DNA of 63,212 nucleotides, counting the filler, from Sphacelaria rigidula (Eukaryota), in assembly GCA_964200075.2 (NCBI GenBank). It is 8 parts of 8 records of this genome, joined end to end, with 100 filler letters (N's around TTAATTAATTAA, not from the genome) between each part and the next. Parts side by side here need not be neighbours in the genome. Positions count along the whole stretch, not along the records: positions 23,746 to 31,560 come from CAXNAA020013370.1; positions 31,661 to 39,474 come from CAXNAA020013371.1; 6 more parts are not named here. One strand, written 5' to 3'. A model generated the notes under the pieces. That model was not told the origin of the DNA and made no database searches. It worked only from the letters and a program-made list of their open reading frames with translations. A program made the position numbers and the translations under genes. Shown here piece by piece: positions 26,783 to 38,700 of this stretch (position 1 is its first letter; each line of letters begins with the position of its first letter).

Positions 26783-26973
26783 TTGTGGATTTTACCTACC
26801 ATGAAGCAAGAGAACATTCTTCCATGTTTTCTTGTGGCTTGTGCCTTTGAGTTTCAGTTCTTTGCACGGCTGATGTTTCGGTTTGACGCACGGTAGCCCA
26901 CAAGATCGTTTTATTTATTTATTCTTCTTATTTTTTTTCTTGGCTTCTGCATTCGTTTCTAATCCTTGCAAAG

Positions 26974-27150
26974 GTAGCGTATCGGTTGACCTACGATGAC
27001 GTGGAAGAGATGGTCTCGTCGGGGCTGGCGGGCACCGACGAGGAGTGGGGCCTTGGGCGGCTCTCCGAGCTAGCGCAGCTGAGGTACAAGTACAGATGCA
27101 GCAAGGGCTCCGTTGACCAATTCGAGAAAGGGTTGGACCACGTTGTGAAG
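26974..27150 (+). CDS. RNB-domain exoribonuclease, exon C
   Basis: VAYRLTYDDVEEMV...LSELAQLRYKYRCSKGSV matches RLTY..V and L..LA..R...R...G motifs. AAG acceptor after a T-rich tract; donor AAG|GTGACT; 177 nt. Confidence 0.92.
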
Positions 27151-28331
27151 GTGACTCGACGGCAAGAGAAAGAAAAGAAAGACATGGGGGACAAAGGGAC
27201 CACGCTATTTGACGTTTTTCCTATGGTAGGTGACGGTGTCTATCTATCGCTAGCACGCGATATTTCACCCCTTGCCTTGGTGACACCCCCAGGTGATGCT
27301 TGTGTGGCTGTTTTTCGCACTGTTCCGTTATCTAGGGTACTCTGCAGGGATATGTAGTATAGCACTCCTAAGGGAAAATACCACTCGCGGATTATGACGT
27401 TTTGGGGTACCCAGCACTCATTTTACGCCGGGTCGTGTACATGAAACGTGTAACTTTCTATCTTGATATTCATGTAACTGTCCTCTTGCGACAAGAAAAT
27501 ATTGAAGATGAAAGTGAACAAAAAGTGGTCGGGTACTGTATGGAAATGTTACTACTGTTTCTTTCTTTTTAATATGATGAGGTGCGAGACAAAGAGCGAG
27601 GTCACTACTGTACTGTACACGAACTTAGGACTAAAAGAATGAGGAATGGAAATTCACCAGCGCAAACACTCTCAGCTTTACCACACCCCTAGAAGTAATG
27701 AACAAAAATATGATGTTTATTACTTCGAAATATTATTTAATTTTATTTTTGTGTATATATTTCTATTCTGATTTCTATTACCGTAGAGTGGTGGTGTTGA
27801 TATATTTTTGCGCCCCGTTGACCAGAGTCGTCAAATTTATGCATCAAACACTGCTTTTTGTGTTTTTTTTTTGTGAATTCGAATCCCTTAGATGAAGCCC
27901 TGTTCCTGGTTCCCGTGACGTCCAAATACGCGGCAACACGAGTCGGCAAAACTAAAAATCTGCGGAATTATTCAAAGCCCTATAATAGTGAGTGTCGAGG
28001 CTGTACCCGGGGAGACTGCGGACCCGGACTAGTTCCGACGAGGGTAGGAGGGACGGGGGTGATTGTAGTATACACAAAGCTAGTGTATATATACATACGT
28101 ACATGTAATTTATCGGGGTCCGACCAAGTACGTTTCGCTTGCCTTCGACCTCTCTCCGTCCTCGAGTTTTTTATGTTATTTTTTTGTTCGTTCCCCTCTT
28201 AGGTTTAGTTTTTGGCAGTGCACTCTATCGTGACACGCTTCGCTGTTTGTTCTTTTTTTTGCCCCCTCGGTTTCGTTTGATCGTTTTTGTGCGTGCCTGC
28301 GTGCCTGCGTGCCTGTCTTATGGAAGACTAG

Positions 28332-28453
28332 GTTACTGAGAATTCGAGGTCACCCGGTGGGTACGACGTCAAGGTCACGCCGGAAGATCCTTCCAGAACA
28401 TCCGTTCGCATGGTGACCGAAATGATGATTCTCTGCGGAGAAGGCATGGGCTG
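28332..28453 (+). CDS. RNB-domain exoribonuclease, exon D
   Basis: VTENSRSPGGYDVKVTPEDPSRTSVRMVTEMMILCGEGMG matches S..LVEE.M.LA. TAG acceptor; donor TG|GTACGT. Not in the ORF track. Confidence 0.88.
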
Positions 28454-29969
28454 GTACGTACATATGTAAAATGACCGGCCTTGCCGTTCGAGGGCATTGA
28501 AAATGATTTTTGGTGCAAGGCGGCGGTGACTTTTTCCGCTTTCTCCAGGTCGATATTGTTCGTGATCGGCCCGCCTAAACATGGAAGGATCATATATCTT
28601 GCTCCGAAGCACGCCGTAACTCGAGCGTAAGAAAACTTTTCTTAGCTGTTTATCGTGATGAGACTAACCGACCCTGCGCTCAGCTTATATGCCGTACTTG
28701 AGGTGCTTGTGTGTGTGTGCGTGTGTGTGTGTGTGTGTGTGTTTGATCCAAATGCTACCCTAGAGGAAGGCCCACTCCGAGGCGGTTCTTTTGGTGGCAA
28801 CATTTGCGGCATGCCGTGATTGAAGGTTGTCGAGGCGGAAGGTAAAATTTAGGGAGGCACCCGACACCTCAGCCTAGGGGTGCATAATCGAAGACTTTTT
28901 TGTTTTGTTTCAATTTTGCTGGTGACGTCCATCTTGTCAGCACGGCTTGATCCCTCGAGGATGAGTTCATTTGCGATAATCAATCAAATCAGATTCATTG
29001 AATTGTTTACTGAACGAGTCACGTTCGGATAGCAATTAATCCCCCCCGTCCCGCCGTGCTCCGTCTCGAAAGGGATGCGTGGTCAATGGTCAAACGACTA
29101 AGGCAAGCAACGTNNNNNNNNGTCCACTTGCCCAAAAGGATGCGGGGGCCGTCGCCGACCGCCTAAGCCAAGGACCAAAATTGTGCGCCCCCCCCCCCCC
29201 CCCCGTCCCGCCTCCCGCGTCCCCCTTTCGAGGGTTGGCGTTGATTGGCAACGGCGCTGTAAAGCATGCCTCTCACTGTGCGTGCCCGACTCTAGGCACA
29301 TCAAGATTTTGTAACGCCTTGCACTGATGTCACCTGATACATATGGTGTGCATGACGTGTCCGCGGTCTGCGAGTTCGGGCAAGCGATGTTGGTTTTGAA
29401 TCTCGGTTGACGTGCCGTGTTGTGGGTTAAACTTGCACCGAGCGAACGTCCGTGCTTCTATGTGAGGGTACGATATCGCTGAGCACAACCAAGTCCCTTT
29501 TCCTGTTTTTTTCCTTCTTTCAGTCGCTTGGGTGGATATATGCCGGATCATCTCATTTACGACGATGAATCAAAGCAATTCAATGCAATCAATTGATACA
29601 TCTACAGACTCAGCTTGGAATTGTGAAGTTCTAAGGCCTTTCCTACAATAATGGGCGGTCTGACTATATTCATTTCGTGACATTTTGTGATTTTTCCGTA
29701 ATTGGCGATTTTCTTGGGCTCTTCCCCCTTGCCACCGCCTATCACATCGGGGATCTAAAGATATTTGTATTTGCTCGACATTCCAAGAAGAAAAAATAAT
29801 CTGCACCCAATATTGAGTGACTCACGGGCTGACTGGTCATCAGGAGTCCTGCCACGTTTCAGCCCAGATTCTTACCCTCCTGTACTCTCGGTCGATCGAG
29901 TCCGTCTTGATTATATTTGTAAAGGAATGTATAGTTTCATTTTTTTGAAATTCTGCCTATTCATTGCAC

Positions 29970-30226
29970 TAGGGACTGCTGCCGAGATAGCCCCCCTCCC
30001 CAAACCGGCCAAAAACGTGCACTTAGGCGATGATCATAACTGCCGTTAAAGCTGGTTTCATGCTGCACGACGCGACTGATTTGGGCGTTATAGCTGATTT
30101 CGGACTCCTACACGCCTCTCTTGTGGGCGAAATTGCTGCAAATGAGCCCAATAGTGGGATCGCAGCCGGTTCGTTGGATGGTCTCCGGTGCACTTTTTGT
30201 GGGGGGGTTATCTCGGCATTAGTCTA
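29970..30226. mobile_element. ~257-bp MITE-like element
   Basis: TAGGGACTGCTGCCGAGATAGCCCCCC at the left end and GGGGGGTTATCTCGGCATTAGTCTA at the right end are inverted. No clear TSD. Confidence 0.55.
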
Positions 30227-31491
30227 GGGCCGAAAAACTGTGTTTCACGGTCAATAACACCCGCCTGATGAACGGGATATTTACTGATCTCGCCCGATAA
30301 CACCAACATACACTGACTTGAGCACTGTGAATCGAGGATGATCCGTTGTGTTGTACCAGAATCTACCGACGCTAGCAATTTCGACTTCTATCGAAGAGTA
30401 GTACGCGAGGAAAGCCCCCAAACACCCCTAAATAGTGAGACCGCCCGCTACTGTACGTCATATCGTCCTCCCCGTGTGGGTCCCTTTGGTATCTTCGGGC
30501 CGGATTTGAACTCACGACCTGCTGACCCCGCGATGGACTCTCCCATCAACGTCATCGTGGAAAGGGTGCTCGATCATGGGGGTTATCCCAGTCGAAGATG
30601 TTCTTGATTTTTTTTTTGCGCGTCTTAAGGTAGTACAAAAAAAAACGTACTTATATTTCCGGGGGGGACGGCGGCACGTTCCCAACCCCTCCAATCCCCC
30701 CTCCCGTTCAGGCGGATATCGTTCATTTTCAGTCATGATCCAGAGATCGAAGATTGGCTGTCAAATCCTCGACTATATATCGCAATCCCGCACGTGAACA
30801 CCGTTGGACGTTTCATGGTCGGTCTACGTGCCTCTCTGTGTTGGTGTCACGTGCCCCACCAGGCGTTCCCGAACTGTTATCGCTTCCGTCTGTGTCAGCC
30901 TCCACCTTGTACAGTGGATTTCGTTCGTTACAGTAACCCGGGATTCGTTTTATTCGGTCGACCTCCGGGTATACCGTAACGATATGTTCAGAAGTTGCTA
31001 CGGGCGTCGTGGTTGTGGTACAAGTTGCCCCTGCGGGCAATCGTGTAATCCTCGTGACCTTCATTTCCTTTCTGACCGCACGCAAGCTTGGACACCTGCG
31101 TCTGACAGTAGTTCAGTCTTTGAAGGGAACATCACGTCGTGCCGATTCGAATCATGGTGCCCCCCCCTGGCGGTTGGGGAGTAAAAGCAACAAACAGCCT
31201 GGATCCGTTTTTGAGGTTCAACATTCGGGTGAGGTTTGACTCGAGGACAGTGCTCCCCCTGACCTGAAGTCATGACGAATGAATCTCATATGGACGACCT
31301 CATGCCCCCCGACTTCCTTGGAACTATTTTTGGGGATTGCCCGTCTTCCGTGCCCCCATAAGCGTATGTGCGAAAGCACCTTTTTGCCTCGATATCGGGG
31401 CGAAAAGGAGACGTTTCAAGCCCGAAATTGGTGCTTTTGCATATACGCATTGGGGGCACGGAAGACGGGCAACCCCCGAAAATAGTTCCAA

Positions 31492-31560
31492 GAGTCATCC
31501 TACGATAGAGGGGGGGGTATTTCGGGCCATTTGTTGCTCGAAATTTCGAGTCAGATCGTC
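31492..31560. mobile_element. One end of the GAG-terminated (Sola-like) MITE family, truncated by the contig end
   Basis: GAGTCATCCTACGATAGAGGGGGGGTATTTCGGGCCATTTGTTGCTCGAAATTTC aligns with the reverse complement of ~54135-54202. Confidence 0.8.
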
Positions 31561-31828
31561 NNNNNNNNNNNNNNNNNNNNNNNNNNNNNNNNNNNNNNNN
31601 NNNNTTAATTAATTAANNNNNNNNNNNNNNNNNNNNNNNNNNNNNNNNNNNNNNNNNNNNCGAGACCCACGCCATCAACCGCCGAGAGCAAGGGTCTTGT
31701 GGCTTTCACGCGACGCTGTCGGCAGTACGCCAGGCAAACCGGATCATAGCTACCTCCCGTCTGCGCAGTGGTGGTCATACTAACAGACTACACTGATTTC
31801 GCAACACCTGTGAAAGCTGGACAGTTTG

Positions 31829-32209
31829 ATTTTCATGAGCTGTATGGACATGATGAAAACGGTTCTGAAAACCTTAGGGAGCATGGCTTTCCTGTCCCCC
31901 AGCCAGGCATCGCTGAACAAGGAACGACTTTTGCAGGCGGGTACAACACACATGGGGGCCCGGAGAAGTTTTTTTCCATCAAAATCTCTGTCTTCTAAGC
32001 TTCAAAGTATTCCAAGCGCATGGTTTTCTGATACGAACAGTAACTTGTCGAAATATGTTCCGTTGTTCGAGCAGTGTTCGACGTCGATGCCCGAAAAGTT
32101 TCGTTTTGCTGTTGAACAGTTTCTTCTGATGTTCAACTGGACCTGAAGTGGACACCTTCCCTCAGGTTTTCAGAACCGTGTTCATCTTGTGCATGTAGCT
32201 CATGAAAAT
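31829..32209. repeat. Inverted repeat pair (~52-bp arms), probable decayed MITE
   Basis: ATTTTCATGAGCTGTATGGACATGATGAAAACGGTTCTGAAAACCTTAGGGA (31829-31880) matches the reverse complement of 32158-32209. Confidence 0.7.
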
Positions 32210-33353
32210 TAGGATCGGCTGTTATTATCTCCTTGTAGTTTACAATACGAATCAGATCCAATAGTTTCCCCAAGACTATAAAGCTCACTGGTAAGGACTC
32301 ATTTGGAAATGAGAGCAACGGCAGCACAAGCTGATGTTGTCCTGGGCCCGCAATAGAGTGCTCGGTGAGAGCTCGGGGCGGCCGAGTGACTACCTTACGC
32401 AGGAATCATATATATATATATATATAATCATGATGCAATAACCAAAGATCAGAAATCCTCCATCCAACGAACGTTTTGGGAACACTATTTGTTGTGCACA
32501 TGACCATTCAATGTGCAGCAGACATCAACCACACTGTATCTCTCATCAACTATTCAGAACATCGAATTGGATCTCCCAACAAGCTGACATCTCTCGACGG
32601 CTAGTCAAGACTCATATCCAAACGTCGATTTACTCCGTATCTGTATGTCCAGAACGTTGCTGTGCCTTATCAACGTCAGTCCCTTCAGATACCATAACAA
32701 TAGCCCACTCTGAAACGTGAGCATGCAGACGCTCGAAGAACTTCGAAGGCTCACGTTTCACCATCATCTCCCACACCACAAAAAGGGGTAAGATAAAACA
32801 ACACAAGGGCAATGGGGAATTCCCTTATTATGGCAAAAAATGGAATCCCAGCTTCGGCGCAGAATCCATTCGGCTGCGCGATCAGCCAGTCTCTGGTACA
32901 CACAAGGGGGCGCCTGGTCTGCTAACCACGACTTACAATATAAGCATGTCACCCGAATGGTCAAAGTCGACGCACCAACATAAAATACAAACAAGCTACG
33001 CGCCGCCGATAAAACCAGCGCGTTACCCGGATGGTCTCACGATCAAACACTCTGGAAACCCACACAAACCAGGCCATTTCTTAGACAACGGGAACTGTAT
33101 TACCCACGGTCGAACGAACATGAAGGGGTAGCGCAACACTCGCGGCAGGATTTCACGTCAATCGGTTTCAAGGGAGCCCGCCAAGGCATGTAACGATCAA
33201 GAAGACATCACTTTCAACATTGAGGTAGTGCATGGAAAAACTCATACCGGTGGAAAGACCAACGAGAGAGCTCGCGGGATAGGATCCAGGAGCGGGAGCA
33301 GTGGCCCATTGAAGCTCCAGGATCGTACAGCGATAATCGCCGCACGACGCGTA

Positions 33354-33754
33354 CTGAGGAAGCCCGGGGAATCGGTCATCCGTTTTCGCACACGCCAACA
33401 AACAAATCCACAGTTGTCATACCCAGAAACACGTGACAATTTGCTGAGGAAGCCCTTGGGGTATCGGTCATCCGTTGGCACAAATGTCGAACACACAGCC
33501 GGTTATATATGGAGGAACACTCACTGAGGAAGCCCTTGGGAAATCGGTCATCCGTTTTCGCAAATGTTCGGTTGAGGAAAAGAGACGGGGTGTCTCGGAT
33601 CCAACGATTCACGAGGGAGTGAAGGTCGTCGAGACGCAGGAATAGAAGCAAGAAAAATAGAAACAAGAAAACAAAAGAGAGTATAATGGACACCGACACA
33701 TGACAATTTTCTGAGGAAGCCCTTGGGGTATCGGTCATCCGTTTTCGCAAATGT
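33354..33754. repeat. Four copies of a ~44-bp motif, probably in the 3' region or LTR of the adjacent gypsy element
   Basis: CTGAGGAAGCCCTTGGGGTATCGGTCATCCGTTTTCGCAAATGT-like copies start at 33354, 33444, 33524 and 33711. Confidence 0.85.
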
Positions 33755-34340
33755 TGGGCTGGAGAGAAGGGACGGGTCGTCTCGGGTTCGACCGGCCACT
33801 AGAACCGCCTCTGGTGGTGGCTTCCGTGAAGGTCGGAGAGACGCAGAAACAAAAACAAGAAAAAACAAAACGATGAACATGACGAGGAGGTGGCTGACAC
33901 CCCAACAGCTAGCAAGAAGCAAGTGCAGTAAATATCTCAGCACAGAATGGATGACTGTGGAGGGAAAGACTCAACGTGGTCTCAATTCTCCAGAAATGTC
34001 GAGCCAAACGAGGACGGAAGGGTGAAGTTGCAGAATATTCGCACTCACAACTCGATACGATGAACACACACACACGTCCTCAAGTGATTCACCCGGTCAC
34101 CAAATTCAGGTGGGTTGATGGATGTAAAACCTCAATGTAAGGTCTTCACAAATACCGTACGGTGGGCTATGAAAGTGGTTCAAGCCAACTGTCAAAACGG
34201 AAGAAAGCGCTCGTGCCAACGCGCTTGGATCACCTTGTCTGGGTACACATATGTGTTGGAACAAGGGCACCACAGTTCCAGAACCAGATCGACCCGACCT
34301 ACAACATGTGACGCCTCCCAAACGACATGGAAACGCGATC

Positions 34341-34570
34341 ATACACACACATACACACATAAGCATACACGCACACGCAGACAAACGTATGCGCATACAT
34401 ACACCCACTTATATATATGCGCAAACACACACCCACATACATATGCGCAAACACACACATACATACGTATGCGCATACACGTACACCCAAATACACATAC
34501 CCAAATACACATATACACGCATACACGCACATACATATGCGCATACACACACATACACACACATACACCC
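34341..34570. repeat. Degenerate AC/AT-rich microsatellite
   Basis: CACACATACATATGCGCA-type low-complexity tract. Confidence 0.9.
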
Positions 34571-34708
34571 AGTAGCAAAAAAGAGAAGGGGAGGGGTTGC
34601 GGCCATGGCGTCGAAGCAGCTAGGCGATACAGCGGGGAAAGTAGGACAGAACGCATCGAGACTCGGCTTCCTTCCATGAATTGTCCGTATTCCGGATAAT
34701 AGCGTCGT

Positions 34709-37700
34709 CTATGTTGCCGTCATCATGACGCTGGAGACACCAGGACCCGCGGCGAGCGGACGACGTCCAGTATAGTAAGCATCGTCTAAAATGAGCTTCA
34801 GGGGGCCGGGGTCACCGAGGAGGCGGATGTAGTAGGAGTTGTCGGAGTCGGGTGCTGGTAAGTGAATCTTGCCCAGCCACCAGAGGGAGTCCTGCGACTT
34901 GTACCAGAAGTACGCGCCTTTAGGTAGACGTTTCCTGCGAAAAGAAAGCATGTATTGTGCATGCGAAACAAGGTTATAACCAGCTATGACGAACCGGGCC
35001 GAATGCTCCCGGACCAGCTCCCGTGCCGCCGCGCCCTTCCGCATAGACCTGTATCTTCGGTTCAACGGACGGTGTTGCGCGACATCGCCTACCCAGTACG
35101 ACAAAATTTGTCCACAGAAATGACGCAAGTCGACTTCTCGTTCCCACGTGACCCGCATCAATCCTTTCTAGTGCGTATGATACATCACTGCTATTGTACC
35201 ACCAAGACCGCGGACCAGTTGGTGTCCGCTGATATGATCGACTACCACGCGTTCCACGGGAGCGTGAACGTCTTCAGCCGTGACATGAAAAGGCGGCGAC
35301 TTGGTGGCGTTCCTTGTCAATACGTTCTGGCTGAGTTCTTACGGCAATAGTTTGGGCATATCAGTGGTGTCGTGCGCGGCGGTGCAAGGTTTACAGAGTC
35401 AGACAGACCCGCGGTTTTTCTGCGGAGGCCCAGCTTCAATCGTGGGGAAATCGAGGTAAAAAAGGTTTTCCCCGATGGATCGATCGTGCGGTCCTGTAGC
35501 ACTTGGCCCAACGCCCAAAATTTTCCACGGCCCGGTCCAATTGAGGGACAGCCTGGCCTTCAACACCTTATCCGGCGAATGCTTACTCGTGCTGGCTTCT
35601 TGGCGAATTGTCTGTACATCGTTGTACACCCACGCCTATGCACCTCCCTTCCACACTGGGCGCTTATGCATCACCGCATCCAACGTGGCATTGGCACTGA
35701 TCGCTTTTGCTAAATTGATTTGGTTTTGCTCTCGCACCAAATCATAATCCAACCGCAGACGACGATGACTCAAAAGGTCATGATACTCCATGATATCCCA
35801 ATCCAAACTCTGATGACCGCCCACGTTGCGGCGCTCGAATATGGTCAACGGCAGCCTCGGCATGCGACCAATGTGAATTTCATTTGGTGCAAGGCCAGTG
35901 GCGGTGTGGACCGAATTATTGTAGTTCATTTGGACGAAGGGCAGGTGCAGATAGATCCCAATCTATTTGCCGTTCGTTTGTGACGGCTGACAGCATTTGC
36001 GCCATCGTATGGTTGACACGTTCCGTTCCACCGTTCGTTTAGGGGTGATACGGACTTACGAGTATGCGATGGGAACCCAGTGGTGTACTGACCGCAGCAG
36101 AACGTTTGCCGGGAGAATGTTTGCCATCGATGGACAACAACTTCCGAGGATCCGGCATGCATGACGGAGTGACAACTAAATTGATCAGTAATCAACAAAT
36201 TGTACTTGTTGCTACTGTCTATGAGCGGCAATGGTCCGAAATAGTCCCAAGATATAACTTCATCGGGCCCATGGGGGAGCGGCATGGACATGATTGGTCA
36301 ACGCACAGTCTGGGGAGACGTCTTGCGCGCCTGACAAATCAAACAACGACGTACCCACCAACGGACACTTTGGTCGGTACCTACCTACCAGTAAAATCGC
36401 TCGATGCACTAGGTCGTCCCAATTGTTACCATATCGGTCGAAATGTTGGAATGGCACTCGTGCAGAAAACATGGTCGCAGCAGCATCGGTACGTACATGC
36501 AAGGAGGTTCTCGACCGGGTAGTCGGGCATATCTACCGGTAGGACGGTCTGACTGAGGTGTCAGTATGGGTTTGCGGATTTCAAGTGCGATGCCGCCCTC
36601 ATCCATATGCAGTTTGCTTGTGCGGCCAGCTCAACAATTTCATCGTGTATGGGTGCCCGGCGCCGTCCGACGGGTTCGAGGATATCCGCAGAGGGGAATG
36701 AAAGTGGGCAATTTTGGAACAGGTGAAGTATTGCTGCGCGGCACGTAGGCTCGGCTGATTGTTCTCACACCTTATCTTGGCGGAAAATGAAAAAATGCAT
36801 TTTTTCTCTTCGTTTACTGTCGTTCTACTAGAAATGAGATCGCGCACTTGTACAATGAAAACAAATGGGGGGGCGGTGAGCTCCGGTGCGGCGGCAACAT
36901 TTATGCGGGAGCCCGTCACGCGGAAAAAGACCTACCCAAATGTGATTTTTGCATTGGTGTTGGCCTTTCGAGAAACGAAGAGGAGGAATCGAGGGGGCAA
37001 GCCACTGGGCGCCGTTATCTGGGCAAAAGGTGTCAGCCCACTCATGCGCAAATCGGACGTTTTTTTTCGGTGTCAGCCCACTCATCCTCAAACGTGGAGT
37101 CTTGGAGGCTGCGTGAATGATCTCCACCGCTAGGTAGCTAATTATGACTACTTGTACTTGATCAGCCAGCAGCGGGTTCGTGCGAGACGGGCGTGTGGCG
37201 ATGGAGGGCGTTCCTTATGGCACGTCGATCTTAAATGGAGCCATCGTGCATCGACCCCAAGCCCAGAGGTGAAGTGGACAATCGCGCGGTATAGCGAATC
37301 AGAACATCTATACAAGTTTGTCGATGACCGCAACAGTACAACCGGCACCGTCGAGATTGAGGGTGATGTGACAGGTGTGGTGGAACGTCATTCCATAGTC
37401 GCAAAAACCTTGCTCGCTGCTCAGGCTAGCAACAATACAATATTCGAGGAATGTCGGTTTTCGCGTAGTCATCCGACGCGGTCACAACCATTGTATCAGC
37501 TGAAACTGGTCCATTACAATCAGCGTTTTGCTCGACCTCAGTTGGAGAAGTGGTACTGGTGCTGGGACATATATCAGAAGAGGTGTACGTGGAAGCGGAG
37601 CCGAAACGTTCCTCAACAACTGGTTGGGTACTCGATCAATGCGGAGACGTCAGAAAAATTGCTGGCGTTCGTCCTTCACAATTACATCCTCCAGTCCGAA

Positions 37701-38700
37701 CATATGTGTCGGAAAACACAACCAGCTCCTCTCTGCCAAACGAAACATGGAATGCGATGGCATTGTGTGGAACAATCAAAGCCGAAACAGAAGGTCGTGC
37801 CATGGGGTGCGTACCGTGCGTATCGTTGAAGAGCTGAACACTCAGTCGCACAGCCCGGGTGGTCCGGTAATACCAGGCCATAAGTTGATGGCTTGCACAA
37901 TATCCACTATATATAAGTCCAACTCTAGTTGTAAAAGACGCATCGTCTAAGGTGACAACGCCACTCGTAAGATCCGGGCCAATTTTTGGCAACGAATTGA
38001 TATGTGTTCGCTGTACCTCCTGAATTTTGCATTGAAATATACTCTGGGGTGATCTTGTGGGGCCTGGAGATGTGGGCACTGGTCTTTGGGTGTTCTCCAA
38101 TATTTGGGCGTCAGGGCTACGTATCTCGTAAACTGCTATGGAGGTGCGACTATTAGTAGTGACTGTCGTGGTAGAGGCGGGGTCGGCTGTGATGTCGGCA
38201 TGGGGGGGCATGCACCACCGGCTTGGTAATGGATGTCCCAAGTGCGGGGTCGACAGAAATATTAGCCCTGCACTGCAATGTGCCTGCCGAATCATCTCCA
38301 GCAGTGGACAAAGGGGTCGACGGTTTTTCGTCGTCGGACGTGGATCCAGTGGCTGCACCAGCGGAACTCACGTCATCAACATGAACATATGCAGTGGAAA
38401 TAGACATGGTCTCCACGAGTTTATCGGGAGGCACGTTGTCAGGGGCCAAACTTGGAACTACAGGGGACGAATCGTCCGTTACCCGCGTGAGACTGTCGTG
38501 GTGTGGGGTCGCCAGTGGCGGACCCGCACGTGAACGCGACAACGAACCGACAGCAGGTAGGGTGGACTTGTGGCTCAACACGTTCCGCCTCGACCTCTTT
38601 GTTGGTGCTGGCTCAGGGGGCAACGGGGGGGGGGGGCAGAGGGTGGTAGCAGCACATCCTATACCTGAGGCATACCGCCATGACCTGTCGCTGTTGGGAA
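34709..38700 (-). mobile_element. Decayed Ty3/gypsy LTR retrotransposon pol region
   Basis: RT remnant ~37350-37100 (HFTSGL..W). Integrase pieces SMPLPHGPDEVISWDYFGPLP..NKYNLLITDQFS and YNNSVHTATGLAPNEIHIGRMPRLPL. GPY/F-like LNWTGPWKIL. Chromodomain-like VTWEREVDL plus a C-terminal extension. RT precedes integrase, the gypsy order. Many frameshifts; the 5' boundary is approximate. Confidence 0.85.

Noticed and set aside
33354..33754. CRISPR array
   Set aside because: Intervals are unequal and related to each other, there are no cas genes, and the context is a eukaryotic retroelement.
34115..34699. His/Thr-rich or Cys/Val-rich proteins
   Set aside because: These are translations of an AC microsatellite.
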